Below the pieces are notes generated by a model. The model ran no database searches. It was not told the DNA's origin and saw only the letters and a program-made list of their open reading frames with translations. DNA of 64,000 nucleotides from a phage, in NCBI GenBank assembly GCA_037574385.1, contig GCA_037574385.1_4529.1; one strand, written 5' to 3'. Shown one piece after another: positions 40,017 through 48,972 of this stretch. Position numbers and translations under genes: made by a program. How positions within the stretch are numbered: position 1 is the stretch's first letter; each line of letters opens with the position of its first letter.

Positions 40017-40157
40017 TCACCATATTAATGAACGAATAACCATTATAACATCTGAAATGAAAAGCACTACTTGGATTAGTCCAAACATCACACCGTAGTA
40101 CAGAACCGTAAGCAACAACAAGAGCCCGAAGGCTCCTGTTAAGATTTTCTTAATCAT
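40017..40157 (-). CDS. Small hydrophobic membrane peptide (46 aa)
   Basis: Hand-called: MIKKILTGAFGLLLLLTVLYYGVMFGLIQVVLFISDVIMVIRSLIW; start overlaps stop of the upstream small ORF (TAATG). It contains a UUCG hairpin in its coding sequence, so it may instead be non-coding. Confidence 0.35.
   Translation of the reverse strand: MIKKILTGAFGLLLLLTVLYYGVMFGLIQVVLFISDVIMVIRSLIW
40122..40135 (-). terminator. UUCG-tetraloop hairpin (lies within candidate small ORF)
   Basis: GAGCC-UUCG-GGCUC on - strand. Confidence 0.35.
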
Positions 40158-40303
40158 TACTCGCCTTTTAATACGTTAAGAAGAGCTAAGACTGCTAAGG
40201 TACCTTGTGATACGGCCTGTTGAAATACTGTTGTTTCGCCCGTAACTAAAGTGTTAACGAATAAAAACGACCAACACAGCAATGCAATAATCCATGCTAC
40301 CAT
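40157..40303 (-). CDS. Small hydrophobic membrane protein (48 aa), ac-like by size and position
   Basis: Hand-called: MVAWIIALLCWSFLFVNTLVTGETTVFQQAVSQGTLAVLALLNVLKGE; SD GAGGT upstream; T4 has the small membrane gene ac between ndd and 52. Confidence 0.45.
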   Translation of the reverse strand: MVAWIIALLCWSFLFVNTLVTGETTVFQQAVSQGTLAVLALLNVLKGE

Positions 40304-40355
40304 TTTAATTACCTCAAAAATAAATTAAAGGCCTAACTTAATAGGTCCGTATAAA

Positions 40356-40802
40356 TTAGTAACTCTGCAGAATGAATTTGAAATTATCAGCCAGAAGACG
40401 GTTCATTTCAGTGAGTGTTTGATATTCTGACGTATGGTTGCGAGTGAATGCCAGAGCCAATTGACCTTTACCATAACCAGTGGTCAGTGGTTTCATGTTC
40501 TTAGCTGCAACAAAGATTACATCATATTCAATATTGTTAGTGCCCATGGTACGGGCTAGTTGCGAACGGCCTTGACGAATGTGAGAAAGAATTGCATCCA
40601 ACCCTTGTTTAGAACGTTGACGTCCTACAAAGAATCGTGCTGCTACTTGACGCCAATCAGATGAACCTTTAACAAAGAAGTAAAAACCTTCACGAGAACG
40701 AAACTCTTTAGAAACTTCAGAACCATATTCACCATTACGAACTACTGCAACAACTTCACCGCCAACTGCCAGAAGGTCTTTACGAGTTAAATATTTGGTC
40801 AT
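40356..40802 (-). CDS. ndd: Nucleoid disruption protein Ndd
   Basis: 148 aa (T4 Ndd about 151 aa); C-terminal region ([28 protein letters not shown]) matches recollection of T4 Ndd; position near gene 52. Confidence 0.65.
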   Translation of the reverse strand: MTKYLTRKDLLAVGGEVVAVVRNGEYGSEVSKEFRSREGFYFFVKGSSDWRQVAARFFVGRQRSKQGLDAILSHIRQGRSQLARTMGTNNIEYDVIFVAAKNMKPLTTGYGKGQLALAFTRNHTSEYQTLTEMNRLLADNFKFILQSY

Positions 40803-40846
40803 GCTAATTTCCTCAATTGATTAATGTTTTTGTAATCCATGAGAGC

Positions 40847-40876
40847 ATTATACTCTGCTCTCAAGAGTTTGTACAA
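40847..40876 (-). promoter_or_regulatory. Early promoter module upstream of ndd
   Basis: TTGTACAAACTCTTGAGAGCAGAGTATAATGCTCTC; GAGAGC/GCTCTC flank the -10. Confidence 0.55.
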
Positions 40877-40878
40877 TT

Positions 40879-41078
40879 TTATTCGGTCATATCAGAACGT
40901 TCAAAAAGCTCTTCAACAGTTAAACATTCGGTGTCATCCTCAATAAAGAATCGGGTCCAACACGTTGGGGCGATGCAGTTATGAGTTTGTCCAGCTATAG
41001 AAGCTACACGAATAAGCTGCTGACCATTATTCAGGACAAATTTTTCACCAATTTCAACATCTTTAAAAAGCTTAGCCA
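40879..41078 (-). CDS. Hypothetical protein
   Basis: Tracked ORF 40879..41139 uses a TTG start through the promoter; probable start MAKLFKDVEIG after SD GAGGAA (about 66 aa). Confidence 0.4.
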
Positions 41079-41139
41079 TTTTGTATTCCTCATGTTTAAG
41101 TAGGACTACTATACCATAATCATACCGTGATGTAAACAA

Positions 41140-41250
41140 TTAAATTACATTAAAATATGTTAAAGCCAACCATGTTCCAGTGAACGAACATGCAATGTAA
41201 AAAACCGTATCACAAATTGTTTTTAGTACAATAAGAAGTGCATTTTTCAT
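41140..41250 (-). CDS. Small hydrophobic peptide (36 aa)
   Basis: Hand-called: MKNALLIVLKTICDTVFYIACSFTGTWLALTYFNVI; start overlaps upstream stop (ATGA coupling). Confidence 0.4.
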   Translation of the reverse strand: MKNALLIVLKTICDTVFYIACSFTGTWLALTYFNVI

Positions 41251-41333
41251 AAGTACCTCAATGCAATTGAAAATATTATACAAATCATAGGGATACTAAG
41301 CAACCATATTCCGATCCACATTTTAGAGCTCAT
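41247..41333 (-). CDS. Small hydrophobic peptide (28 aa)
   Basis: Hand-called: MSSKMWIGIWLLSIPMICIIFSIALRYL; ATG overlaps stop of 41330..41593 (ATGA coupling). Confidence 0.4.
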   Translation of the reverse strand: MSSKMWIGIWLLSIPMICIIFSIALRYL

Positions 41334-41593
41334 ATCTCAACTTCCGCGAGTTCCATATATCCTTTGCTGATAACCTCTTTAAGGTCTTTAGAAAGAATAA
41401 CATCAAAATGGTCGTTCATATGTCCATTAACCAGACGAGTTATTTCGGCTTCAGATGACATATAAGGCACGTCTGAGTCCCAATGAGATAGACCTAAATG
41501 GGTATAAATCATCCCTTCGTCGTCTGCGGTGTTGTACATTGAAACAAACTCACCTGTCACTTTATGTTTTGCGTAGAAAAATTTAAATTTCAT
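41330..41593 (-). CDS. Hypothetical protein
   Basis: 87-aa ORF. Confidence 0.5.
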   Translation of the reverse strand: MKFKFFYAKHKVTGEFVSMYNTADDEGMIYTHLGLSHWDSDVPYMSSEAEITRLVNGHMNDHFDVILSKDLKEVISKGYMELAEVEI

Positions 41594-41661
41594 GATGTTA
41601 TCCTCTTTTAGATAGGACTACTGTATCATAGTCCTACTTAGTTGTAAACACTTTTATGAAA

Positions 41662-42282
41662 TTAAAGTTGAAGATACCACCCGTTGTAGTTGCTCTTGCG
41701 GACGATTTTCTTTAGGTCTTCATGGTCTCCCACGAACTTTATAGAATAAGAGAAGACGTCAGGTGAGGTTTCTTTGACATTCAATATAATAATACAGTCT
41801 GCAACTCGATGATTCAGGAATGGCCCTATGTTGATTCCGTTGCCACCCGGATAATCACCACTGTATCCTGTGGTAACAGAAATCCATTTAGAATCCATCT
41901 GATGTGTCTTGACTTCTACACGAATTCCACAATATTTAGGATGGGCTAACACGTCCCATGCATATGTGTACGGGTCTTCTACGTCTTCATTACCTTTATT
42001 AACATATCCGTCTAGCCAATTTGCTACTACATACTCTGCAAAGACTGCAACCTTACAACGTCGAACTACATCTTCTTTGTTTTGGTCTGGATTTTGGCTC
42101 AATGAATATCGAGCAGTGTCAGCAATCTTCACCTTCATTTCACTAGTCAAAAACTCATTCGACAGGATAAATGTCGGAAGATTCTTCAGTCTCAATAGTC
42201 CCAAGTTCGTCTTTACCATAGATACCTCTGATGTGTAGTTCGCCAAAATAAATGCGGTCTCCTTCTTCAAGATAGTTAGCAT
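41662..42282 (-). CDS. Putative PD-(D/E)xK-type nuclease; positional candidate for endonuclease IV (denB)
   Basis: Contains D...EVK (AWDVLAHPKYCGIRVEVKTH); sits between ndd and rIIB where T4 has denB. Start uncertain: the tracked start overlaps the upstream gene and internal Mets are possible. Confidence 0.4.
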   Translation of the reverse strand: MLTILKKETAFILANYTSEVSMVKTNLGLLRLKNLPTFILSNEFLTSEMKVKIADTARYSLSQNPDQNKEDVVRRCKVAVFAEYVVANWLDGYVNKGNEDVEDPYTYAWDVLAHPKYCGIRVEVKTHQMDSKWISVTTGYSGDYPGGNGINIGPFLNHRVADCIIILNVKETSPDVFSYSIKFVGDHEDLKKIVRKSNYNGWYLQL

Positions 42283-42442
42283 CTACCGGCGGGATTTCAA
42301 TAACAACTTCGTCGCATTCTAACCAGCCGTAGTGTGCATCACCAGGATGTTTTACCAATTTAGCACAATAAACTGATTTACACTTATGATGACCACGAAG
42401 ATTAGCAATTTTGGATTCTGATACGTCAAATGGATGAATCAT
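42155..42442 (-). CDS. Hypothetical protein
   Basis: Tracked ORF 42155..42493 probably starts at internal ATG (MIHPFDV) just after the rIIB terminator hairpin. Confidence 0.45.
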   Translation of the reverse strand: MIHPFDVSESKIANLRGHHKCKSVYCAKLVKHPGDAHYGWLECDEVVIEIPPVDANYLEEGDRIYFGELHIRGIYGKDELGTIETEESSDIYPVE

Positions 42443-42461
42443 AATTACCCCTAAAGAAAAA

Positions 42462-42477
42462 GGGGACCGAAGTCCCC
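42462..42477 (-). terminator. UUCG-tetraloop hairpin after rIIB
   Basis: GGGGAC-UUCG-GUCCCC just after the rIIB stop. Confidence 0.55.
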
Positions 42478-42482
42478 AATTA

Positions 42483-43418
42483 TTATTCTGCAAACAATTC
42501 AGTAACGTCTGAAATTACTTCATAACGACAAGTACGCATCTTAGCATCACCATAGTCAACTGGGATGGATACAACATCACGTGGATGAACTTTAACCTTA
42601 ACAACTTTATCTGAGCTTGAACCAAAGTGGCGAATATAAGATTTAGCACAAACGTGGAGACCACGAGAACAGGTTTGAGTATCATCGTCGTTAACTCGAG
42701 TACGAGGCATTGAAACAACTTTACCTGGGGAGTTATCAAATGTACCACTATAGCAGTCTAAATAGTCCTTACGAACTACTTTCCACGCGTAGAAATGCCC
42801 ATCTTCAGTGATTTCAATATCATTTGCAACCAAGAAGTCGAATAAACGTTGTACAGCTTTTTCGCTCGGGTTTTCTAACAGGTTTTCAAGGAACGGCAGA
42901 TAGAATTTAAAGTCTTCGCCTTTTTCCATGGAATCAATAATACGATTAACCAGACCTGAACGAATTTCTATACCTTGATAAAATAAACTACCACCTTCAA
43001 TAGTAACATTACCGTCAACAAACTTAGTAATAGCTTTCTTGACGTTAATAAGTTCAACAGCTTTACTAAGGTTTCCTGCGACCAGATTAGCTTTAATTTC
43101 TTCAAAATTTGCATGACTTGATGGGGTCGCATTGTATGCTACGCGTCCTTCAATGATTGAAATAAATTTAGATGACGCGTTCCATACGATTTCTGGACGA
43201 TGTCCGCCGATAATAGGTTCATCATTTTCTGGGATCTGTTCTTCGTCTTCAAATTCAGCTGCTTTCTCTTCAGCTTTAAAATTCTTAACAATCTTACGAA
43301 GAGTATCTGTTGAAATGTCGAAGTAATCGGCAATTTCTTTACGAGTCCATTTGCCCGATTCAACCAGGCCGTAAGCTTCTAACTGTTCTTCTTGGGACAA
43401 GCATTTAATATTGTACAT
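42483..43418 (-). CDS. rIIB: rIIB membrane-associated protein
   Basis: 311 aa (T4 rIIB 312 aa); N-terminus MYNIKCL as in T4; followed by rIIA. Confidence 0.85.
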   Translation of the reverse strand: MYNIKCLSQEEQLEAYGLVESGKWTRKEIADYFDISTDTLRKIVKNFKAEEKAAEFEDEEQIPENDEPIIGGHRPEIVWNASSKFISIIEGRVAYNATPSSHANFEEIKANLVAGNLSKAVELINVKKAITKFVDGNVTIEGGSLFYQGIEIRSGLVNRIIDSMEKGEDFKFYLPFLENLLENPSEKAVQRLFDFLVANDIEITEDGHFYAWKVVRKDYLDCYSGTFDNSPGKVVSMPRTRVNDDDTQTCSRGLHVCAKSYIRHFGSSSDKVVKVKVHPRDVVSIPVDYGDAKMRTCRYEVISDVTELFAE

Positions 43419-43427
43419 AATGTTTCC

Positions 43428-45641
43428 TTATTTGGCCGCTTCCACGGCCTTCATGAATTTAACGATTTGAGCGACTTGTTCTTTAGAAAGAGTACCACGT
43501 CGTCCCATGTATTCTGACACAATATGATAATTGGTTTCGAATTCAATAACCATTTTATCATCATTATCGTAAGCATTATCTTTAAGCTTATCGAAAATTT
43601 TAGCACACAATTCTAACTTTTTATTCAGTTCTCTGTTAGTAGCACCTGAGAATCGATTCCATCCCCAACGATTATTTACCGTTGAGAGTTTTGCAAAATC
43701 TTTACTGATTTCTTTGTTTTTAGAGCTAAAATACTTACTAAGGAAGTTAAGCTCTTCGTTACGAGTAATATGATTCAAATAAGGCTGTGCTCTACGACTT
43801 GGTGATACATACTCATCATAATCCACTTTATCAATTAGCGTAATATAGTCATTAATTGATTTTTCGAACAAGCATTCTACTTCGCCAAGTTTACGAACTT
43901 TCTTAGCAATCTGTGGACGAACTACAGTGAACTCTTTAATACCTGACAAATCAGCAATACGGGTCAAGAAATTGGAGTCATAGTTCAACCAACCTTTATC
44001 TGCGTCAAGACATTCAGCATTAGAACGATTACGAACTATAGCATAACCTTGGATTTCATCTGCTTCACTTGCTGGAATAAAGAGGTCTTCTGATACCCAA
44101 ACATCGTTTTCATTCTTAAAGAATCGATGAGCACTTGGCGATTTAGGACGAGGCTCATTAGTCCGTTTCCTGACTTCAATCCATGGCTTAACGATTTGTA
44201 AAAGCTCTGAAGTCTTGTACATGTTAATGTTGTCGCCGTCAAAGATAACTTTAAGGCGTTCCAGAAGTTTCATTGCATCTTCGTCTGTAGGGTCAACGAA
44301 TAGTACGCTTTTACCAAAACCGCGTGGAACTTTACCGGTTAATTTAACCTCGTCTTTAGACATTTCAATTGAATTAAGAGCTCGCATTAATGGAACGCGT
44401 CCCTTAACGTCGTCAATAACAATTTCAACGTTTTTAATGTTAATGCCAATCAGGCTGTTAATTGAAATAGTTGATGATGAGCTACCACTTTCACGAATAC
44501 GACGAAGACGAGGGGATTCAACGATATCGTATACGACGCCAAGATTACACCACTCAGGCCCCATTTTAAAACGTTTATACAACTCAGAATAAGTTAGTTG
44601 TTCTTTAGAGTATTTCAGTGATTCAATATTAGACCCAGCCTTTTCCATGTATTTACGAGCGGTATAGCCAAGAGAATCAATTTCACGGAACACATGACGT
44701 GGGTATTTACAATCAATCCATTTCTTAGAATCTTCAGCGAACAATTTAGCATCGATTTCTGCAACGCGTTTATGGATATTTGCTACTGTACGTTTATCAA
44801 ACGACAATGCTTCACGAGACGGAGCTACATCTAGTTCACCCATAGGGAATTTAATATAAGCTGTAGTGCATCGTGTCATCATCCATGTTTGTTCTTTAAT
44901 AACACTTCCGATTGGATAAACAATACCACCATAAACAGCCATGATATTACCACGTTCACCCCGTGGAGCTTCCTTGGCCAAATATACATCGTCAAATTCT
45001 GGGAAGTATTTAATATCTTTAACACCACGAACTTCTGCTATATCACCTAAAGGACGCATAACATATGCAATTTCAGATGCGAACTTTTCAAAATCTTCTG
45101 GGTTAACCGGTACGACTACTTCTACACCCGTACGGTCATCAGGACCCATCTTATCTACAAAGGTTGGCTTAATTTGAGGACCCGTGTCATCTTGGTAGAT
45201 TACGTAACCACGAACTTCACCGTTGTGATAAGACGTAAGGTTAAACGTATCGGTATATGCTAGCGGAGCTTTAGAGCCGAGCCCGAATCCACCAATGAAA
45301 TCGTTGCTCGATGTTTTAGTTGAAGCAAAATATGAGTTATAGATTCCTGGCTCTTCGTCATTACCTCGAATAGTGAAATCACTCATACCAGGACCAAAGT
45401 CTCGAACTACAAAACGTGGGTCTAAACGACCTGGAGCCTGAACAATAAACTTATCAGTGCAACCGTTAAGAATTTGTCCATCAATACAGTTTGTGATTAA
45501 TTCACGTACACAAGCCAATTCTTTGTTTGTATAAAGGTCATTAGACAAAATCTTATAAACTTTGCTATTGCCTTGAATAGTGAATGCTGTACTCTTACCG
45601 CCTGAACCAATAATCGTTTCTTTAGCCGTTTCAATAATCAT
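43428..45641 (-). CDS. rIIA: rIIA protein (GHKL ATPase-like)
   Basis: 737 aa (T4 rIIA 725 aa); adjacent to rIIB. Confidence 0.85.
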   Translation of the reverse strand: MIIETAKETIIGSGGKSTAFTIQGNSKVYKILSNDLYTNKELACVRELITNCIDGQILNGCTDKFIVQAPGRLDPRFVVRDFGPGMSDFTIRGNDEEPGIYNSYFASTKTSSNDFIGGFGLGSKAPLAYTDTFNLTSYHNGEVRGYVIYQDDTGPQIKPTFVDKMGPDDRTGVEVVVPVNPEDFEKFASEIAYVMRPLGDIAEVRGVKDIKYFPEFDDVYLAKEAPRGERGNIMAVYGGIVYPIGSVIKEQTWMMTRCTTAYIKFPMGELDVAPSREALSFDKRTVANIHKRVAEIDAKLFAEDSKKWIDCKYPRHVFREIDSLGYTARKYMEKAGSNIESLKYSKEQLTYSELYKRFKMGPEWCNLGVVYDIVESPRLRRIRESGSSSSTISINSLIGINIKNVEIVIDDVKGRVPLMRALNSIEMSKDEVKLTGKVPRGFGKSVLFVDPTDEDAMKLLERLKVIFDGDNINMYKTSELLQIVKPWIEVRKRTNEPRPKSPSAHRFFKNENDVWVSEDLFIPASEADEIQGYAIVRNRSNAECLDADKGWLNYDSNFLTRIADLSGIKEFTVVRPQIAKKVRKLGEVECLFEKSINDYITLIDKVDYDEYVSPSRRAQPYLNHITRNEELNFLSKYFSSKNKEISKDFAKLSTVNNRWGWNRFSGATNRELNKKLELCAKIFDKLKDNAYDNDDKMVIEFETNYHIVSEYMGRRGTLSKEQVAQIVKFMKAVEAAK

Positions 45642-45653
45642 ATTTTTCTCTCA

Positions 45654-45854
45654 TCACAAGTTACGTTTAAAAATTTCTGCTACTTCAAGAAGTTCTTCTT
45701 TAGTAGCTGTATCGGTTTGTATTTTATATCGAATTTCTTTAAAGCGTTCTTTAAAGGACTCTGCTGACTCGATATCAAAAAATCTTTGGATAAGCCGGAA
45801 TTCCCGGAGCACTGCTTTATCAAAAAGTTCCAAGTCCACGTTATATGTTCTCAT
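45654..45854 (-). CDS. Hypothetical protein (rIIA.1 position)
   Basis: 66-aa ORF immediately upstream of rIIA. Confidence 0.5.
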   Translation of the reverse strand: MRTYNVDLELFDKAVLREFRLIQRFFDIESAESFKERFKEIRYKIQTDTATKEELLEVAEIFKRNL

Positions 45855-45879
45855 AATATTCTCTTCAGTAGATTCCTAG

Positions 45880-45930
45880 GGCACTATTACTAAAGACCAT
45901 ATAATCTATCATCTTATGTGTAATAGTGCC
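45880..45930 (-). other. 11-bp perfect inverted repeat (GGCACTATTAC / GTAATAGTGCC) separated by about 29 nt
   Basis: Lies between the glycosyltransferase stop and the rIIA.1 start; loop contains a TATAAT-like element. Confidence 0.45.
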
Positions 45931-45946
45931 TCAGGCGATTCAGGAT

Positions 45947-47047
45947 TTACGCTGTGAAGATTTTATCCCACATTGCAACAACTGCATCTCGGTTATACTT
46001 CTTCCATACTGCTTCAGCACGTTTAACTCGAGCTTCGTATGTGTCAGTGAATTCTAATACAGCTTTTGTGTAAAGCGCAACTACTTCTTTCTTAGGAGTA
46101 GAGGAATCAATTTCTACACGCACAGTATCTGGGTCATATTCGAATGTCGCATGCGGATAATCCTTAAAAACTAACTGAATTACAGGGACACCTTTAGAAA
46201 TGGCTTCAATAGAACTATTCTCTACCGTACCTGTGTCAGGACACGTATTAATAAGTGCTTTAGCTGTTTTAAGACGTTCCATAATTTCACTGTGTGGAGC
46301 ATCAATAATAACAGGATACTTAGCCGGTGGTGCCCATTTACTAGGACAGTATCCTGCGCCATTTTCGCCTAGTGCTTTAATCGCTTCAAGAGCAACATCA
46401 GTACGACGCATTTTAGTGTCATAACGTTGTGCACTAATAATCAGATCAGTCGCCGGAAGAACTTCAGGTTTCTCATTCAAACAAATAACCGGATAATCTT
46501 CGGCTTCAAACAACGGATTTGCTCGCCAATAATCATAATCAATTTTGTCAGTCAGACCTGAAGTCATATAACAATATTTGCGTTCAAATTCACGGAAGGC
46601 TTTAGTAGGAGCATAACTCTTACCACCGTTCTTATGAATTTGAATAGTCTGGTCCCAAATTTGAACAATGCCACGAGATACCGGCTCAAACGGTGTTGCC
46701 ATAAAATTCTTATGAACTTTAGAGAGACCTGCGTCTTTAATTGCCTGAACGGTTAGTTTAGTCGGTTCCATTGTAACAACGAAATCGTACTCATTAATGC
46801 CGGCTAGTTCAACAATCTTACGAGCCATAGTATAACTCATACCTAGACTGAATTTAGTCAGATGACCAACAGGATGATGATTAACCTTCCAATCACCAAA
46901 CGTGTCATTATCAAAGCCGATATAATCAATATCAGCACCGATGGACACAAGATATTTCAACACATTTAAATGTACTGCTTCAAGACCACCTTGTACACGT
47001 TCTGGGTTAAACGGGACTGCGCGAGATGGGATAAACATAACTTTCAT
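45947..47047 (-). CDS. GT-B fold glycosyltransferase (GT4-like); candidate DNA hypermodification enzyme
   Basis: 366 aa; N-terminal MKVMFIPSRAVPFNPERVQGGLE and C-terminal TCPDTGTVENSSIEAISKGVPVI resemble GT4 donor-binding motifs; sits where T4 carries gene 60/mobA. Confidence 0.6.
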   Translation of the reverse strand: MKVMFIPSRAVPFNPERVQGGLEAVHLNVLKYLVSIGADIDYIGFDNDTFGDWKVNHHPVGHLTKFSLGMSYTMARKIVELAGINEYDFVVTMEPTKLTVQAIKDAGLSKVHKNFMATPFEPVSRGIVQIWDQTIQIHKNGGKSYAPTKAFREFERKYCYMTSGLTDKIDYDYWRANPLFEAEDYPVICLNEKPEVLPATDLIISAQRYDTKMRRTDVALEAIKALGENGAGYCPSKWAPPAKYPVIIDAPHSEIMERLKTAKALINTCPDTGTVENSSIEAISKGVPVIQLVFKDYPHATFEYDPDTVRVEIDSSTPKKEVVALYTKAVLEFTDTYEARVKRAEAVWKKYNRDAVVAMWDKIFTA

Positions 47048-47074
47048 AATTAAGCCTTATTAAAATTAAAATGA

Positions 47075-47090
47075 AGCTCCCGAAGGAGCT
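47075..47090 (-). terminator. UUCG-tetraloop hairpin after gene 39
   Basis: AGCUCC-UUCG-GGAGCU overlapping the gp39 stop. Confidence 0.5.
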
Positions 47091-48907
47091 TAGGACATCC
47101 ATTCTTTACGAAGTTCTGAATCATCACCCAACAACATTTCAAAGAGTTCTTTCCAATTTTCAGGAAGTTTAACTACGTCGTACACAGGGTTTTGAATCAT
47201 TTCACGATATTCTGACTTTTCAAGGGAGCCCAATCCCTTGATGTATCGAATACTATGCTTAGGCAGTGTATCTTTAGCTTCTTCATACTCAGCTACAGTA
47301 TAAAACCATTTTTGAGTTTTGCCGATTTGTGCAATAATTACAGGTGTTTTAACAAAGCGAATACGTCCTTGTTCAAACAATTCAGGCCAATTACTAAAGA
47401 AAGCAAGCAAAGCCGGATAGATACTTCCAAGACCGTCATGATCGGCATCGGTCATAATTGCAATATTACGATAGTTCGTATTCTCTGCCTTTTCACCAAG
47501 AATAAGACCTGTGATAGCACAGATATCAAAGAGCTCTTTGTTCTTCATCATATCGGCATATGACATACCCCAGCTATTCATCACCTTACCACGTAATGGG
47601 AATCCGCCGTGTAGTTCACGGTCACGAACATCAATGAGATATCCAATTGCCGAATCACCTTCTGTTAAAAACAATGTCGTATCTGCATCTTTACCGCATT
47701 GGTTAGCTTTAATATGCTTATGAACCTTAGCTTTAGTTGCCTTTTTAGCTGCTTTAGTTTCTGCAGCCTTTTCTGCTGCCAATTTACGAGCTAATGCTGC
47801 TTCAACAATAGGCATAATCAAGGCTTCGTTTTTAAGAAGTGCCTGAGCAATTTTCTTAGCATCTAATTGGATATGATTACGAATATCACCATACGTTGAC
47901 GTTAAACGTTCTTTAGTCTGAGAATCAAAACGCATGTTGCTCATGTCTCTAATAAACATCAACATTGTGAGACATTCTTTAACACGAGCTTTAGTGACTT
48001 CAATACCCTTATATTTCTTTTTAATACCCGGCAAAAGATGTTCGCAAATATCATCCATTACACATTCAACATGATGACCACCATTTTTAGTATGGATGTT
48101 ATTCACATAAGTTAAATGACGGAAGCCATCCGGTGATGTTGTGAATGCTATAGAGACTTTATCATTTTCTTGAATGATGTTATCTTCACCAAATTGTTTA
48201 GCAAATCGTTTAAAATTGCCATCAACCTTTTTACCATTAAATGTGAACTTGATATCAGGATAAACGACTGCCAATGTTTGAAGTCGGTCTAAAGTAATAT
48301 CTAAATAAATTTGAGATAAATTATGCTCTTCAAATGAAGTGAAATCAGGAGTGAAGATTACTTTAGTGCCTTTACCTTTAGATTTCTTAGAAGACCATGA
48401 TTTGTTTTCCATTCCGTTTGAACAGTTAACAGTGATTTCATTTTCGCCATCTGACGTGATGCCTGTAAACAACGTAGAGAAGATATTAGTTAAACTACTC
48501 CCGACGCCGTTCATACCACCTGTCTTGCGTTCAGAGTCGTCACCAAAGTTACCACCGGCCTTTGGAATAGTCCAGGCTGCTACAGGCCCAGGAATTTGTT
48601 CACCCGTTTGGTCGGTAACTAAACCTTGAGGAATACCACGTCCGTTATCTTCCACTGAAACTTGATTATTTTTAATTTGCACATCAATTTTATTTGCAAA
48701 CTTAAATGATGTACGAATAGCTTCATCAACCGAGTTGTCAATAATCTCATCGATTAATTTAACCAGACCAGGAACATATTCAACTTGTTGATATTTACCA
48801 AACAAAAAACGCTCATGTGCTTCTTTAGCTGAAGAACCAATATACATACCACTACGTTTCTTAATATGTTCTACATCTGACAGTACCTTAATTTCATTTT
48901 TAATCAT
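47090..48907 (-). CDS. 39: DNA topoisomerase II large subunit, fused gp39+gp60 (GyrB-like)
   Basis: 605 aa in one ORF; GHKL ATPase N-terminus (DNSVDEA, GRGIP) plus Toprim region; T4 splits this into 39 (516 aa) and 60 with a translational bypass. Confidence 0.85.
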   Translation of the reverse strand: MIKNEIKVLSDVEHIKKRSGMYIGSSAKEAHERFLFGKYQQVEYVPGLVKLIDEIIDNSVDEAIRTSFKFANKIDVQIKNNQVSVEDNGRGIPQGLVTDQTGEQIPGPVAAWTIPKAGGNFGDDSERKTGGMNGVGSSLTNIFSTLFTGITSDGENEITVNCSNGMENKSWSSKKSKGKGTKVIFTPDFTSFEEHNLSQIYLDITLDRLQTLAVVYPDIKFTFNGKKVDGNFKRFAKQFGEDNIIQENDKVSIAFTTSPDGFRHLTYVNNIHTKNGGHHVECVMDDICEHLLPGIKKKYKGIEVTKARVKECLTMLMFIRDMSNMRFDSQTKERLTSTYGDIRNHIQLDAKKIAQALLKNEALIMPIVEAALARKLAAEKAAETKAAKKATKAKVHKHIKANQCGKDADTTLFLTEGDSAIGYLIDVRDRELHGGFPLRGKVMNSWGMSYADMMKNKELFDICAITGLILGEKAENTNYRNIAIMTDADHDGLGSIYPALLAFFSNWPELFEQGRIRFVKTPVIIAQIGKTQKWFYTVAEYEEAKDTLPKHSIRYIKGLGSLEKSEYREMIQNPVYDVVKLPENWKELFEMLLGDDSELRKEWMS

Positions 48908-48956
48908 GTTGTCTCCTCGTTATGAAGGTATTCTATCATCCGAAATCTAAAGCAAA

Positions 48957-48972
48957 AAGGGCCGAAGCCCTT
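48957..48972 (-). terminator. UUCG-tetraloop hairpin
   Basis: AAGGGC-UUCG-GCCCUU. Confidence 0.45.
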
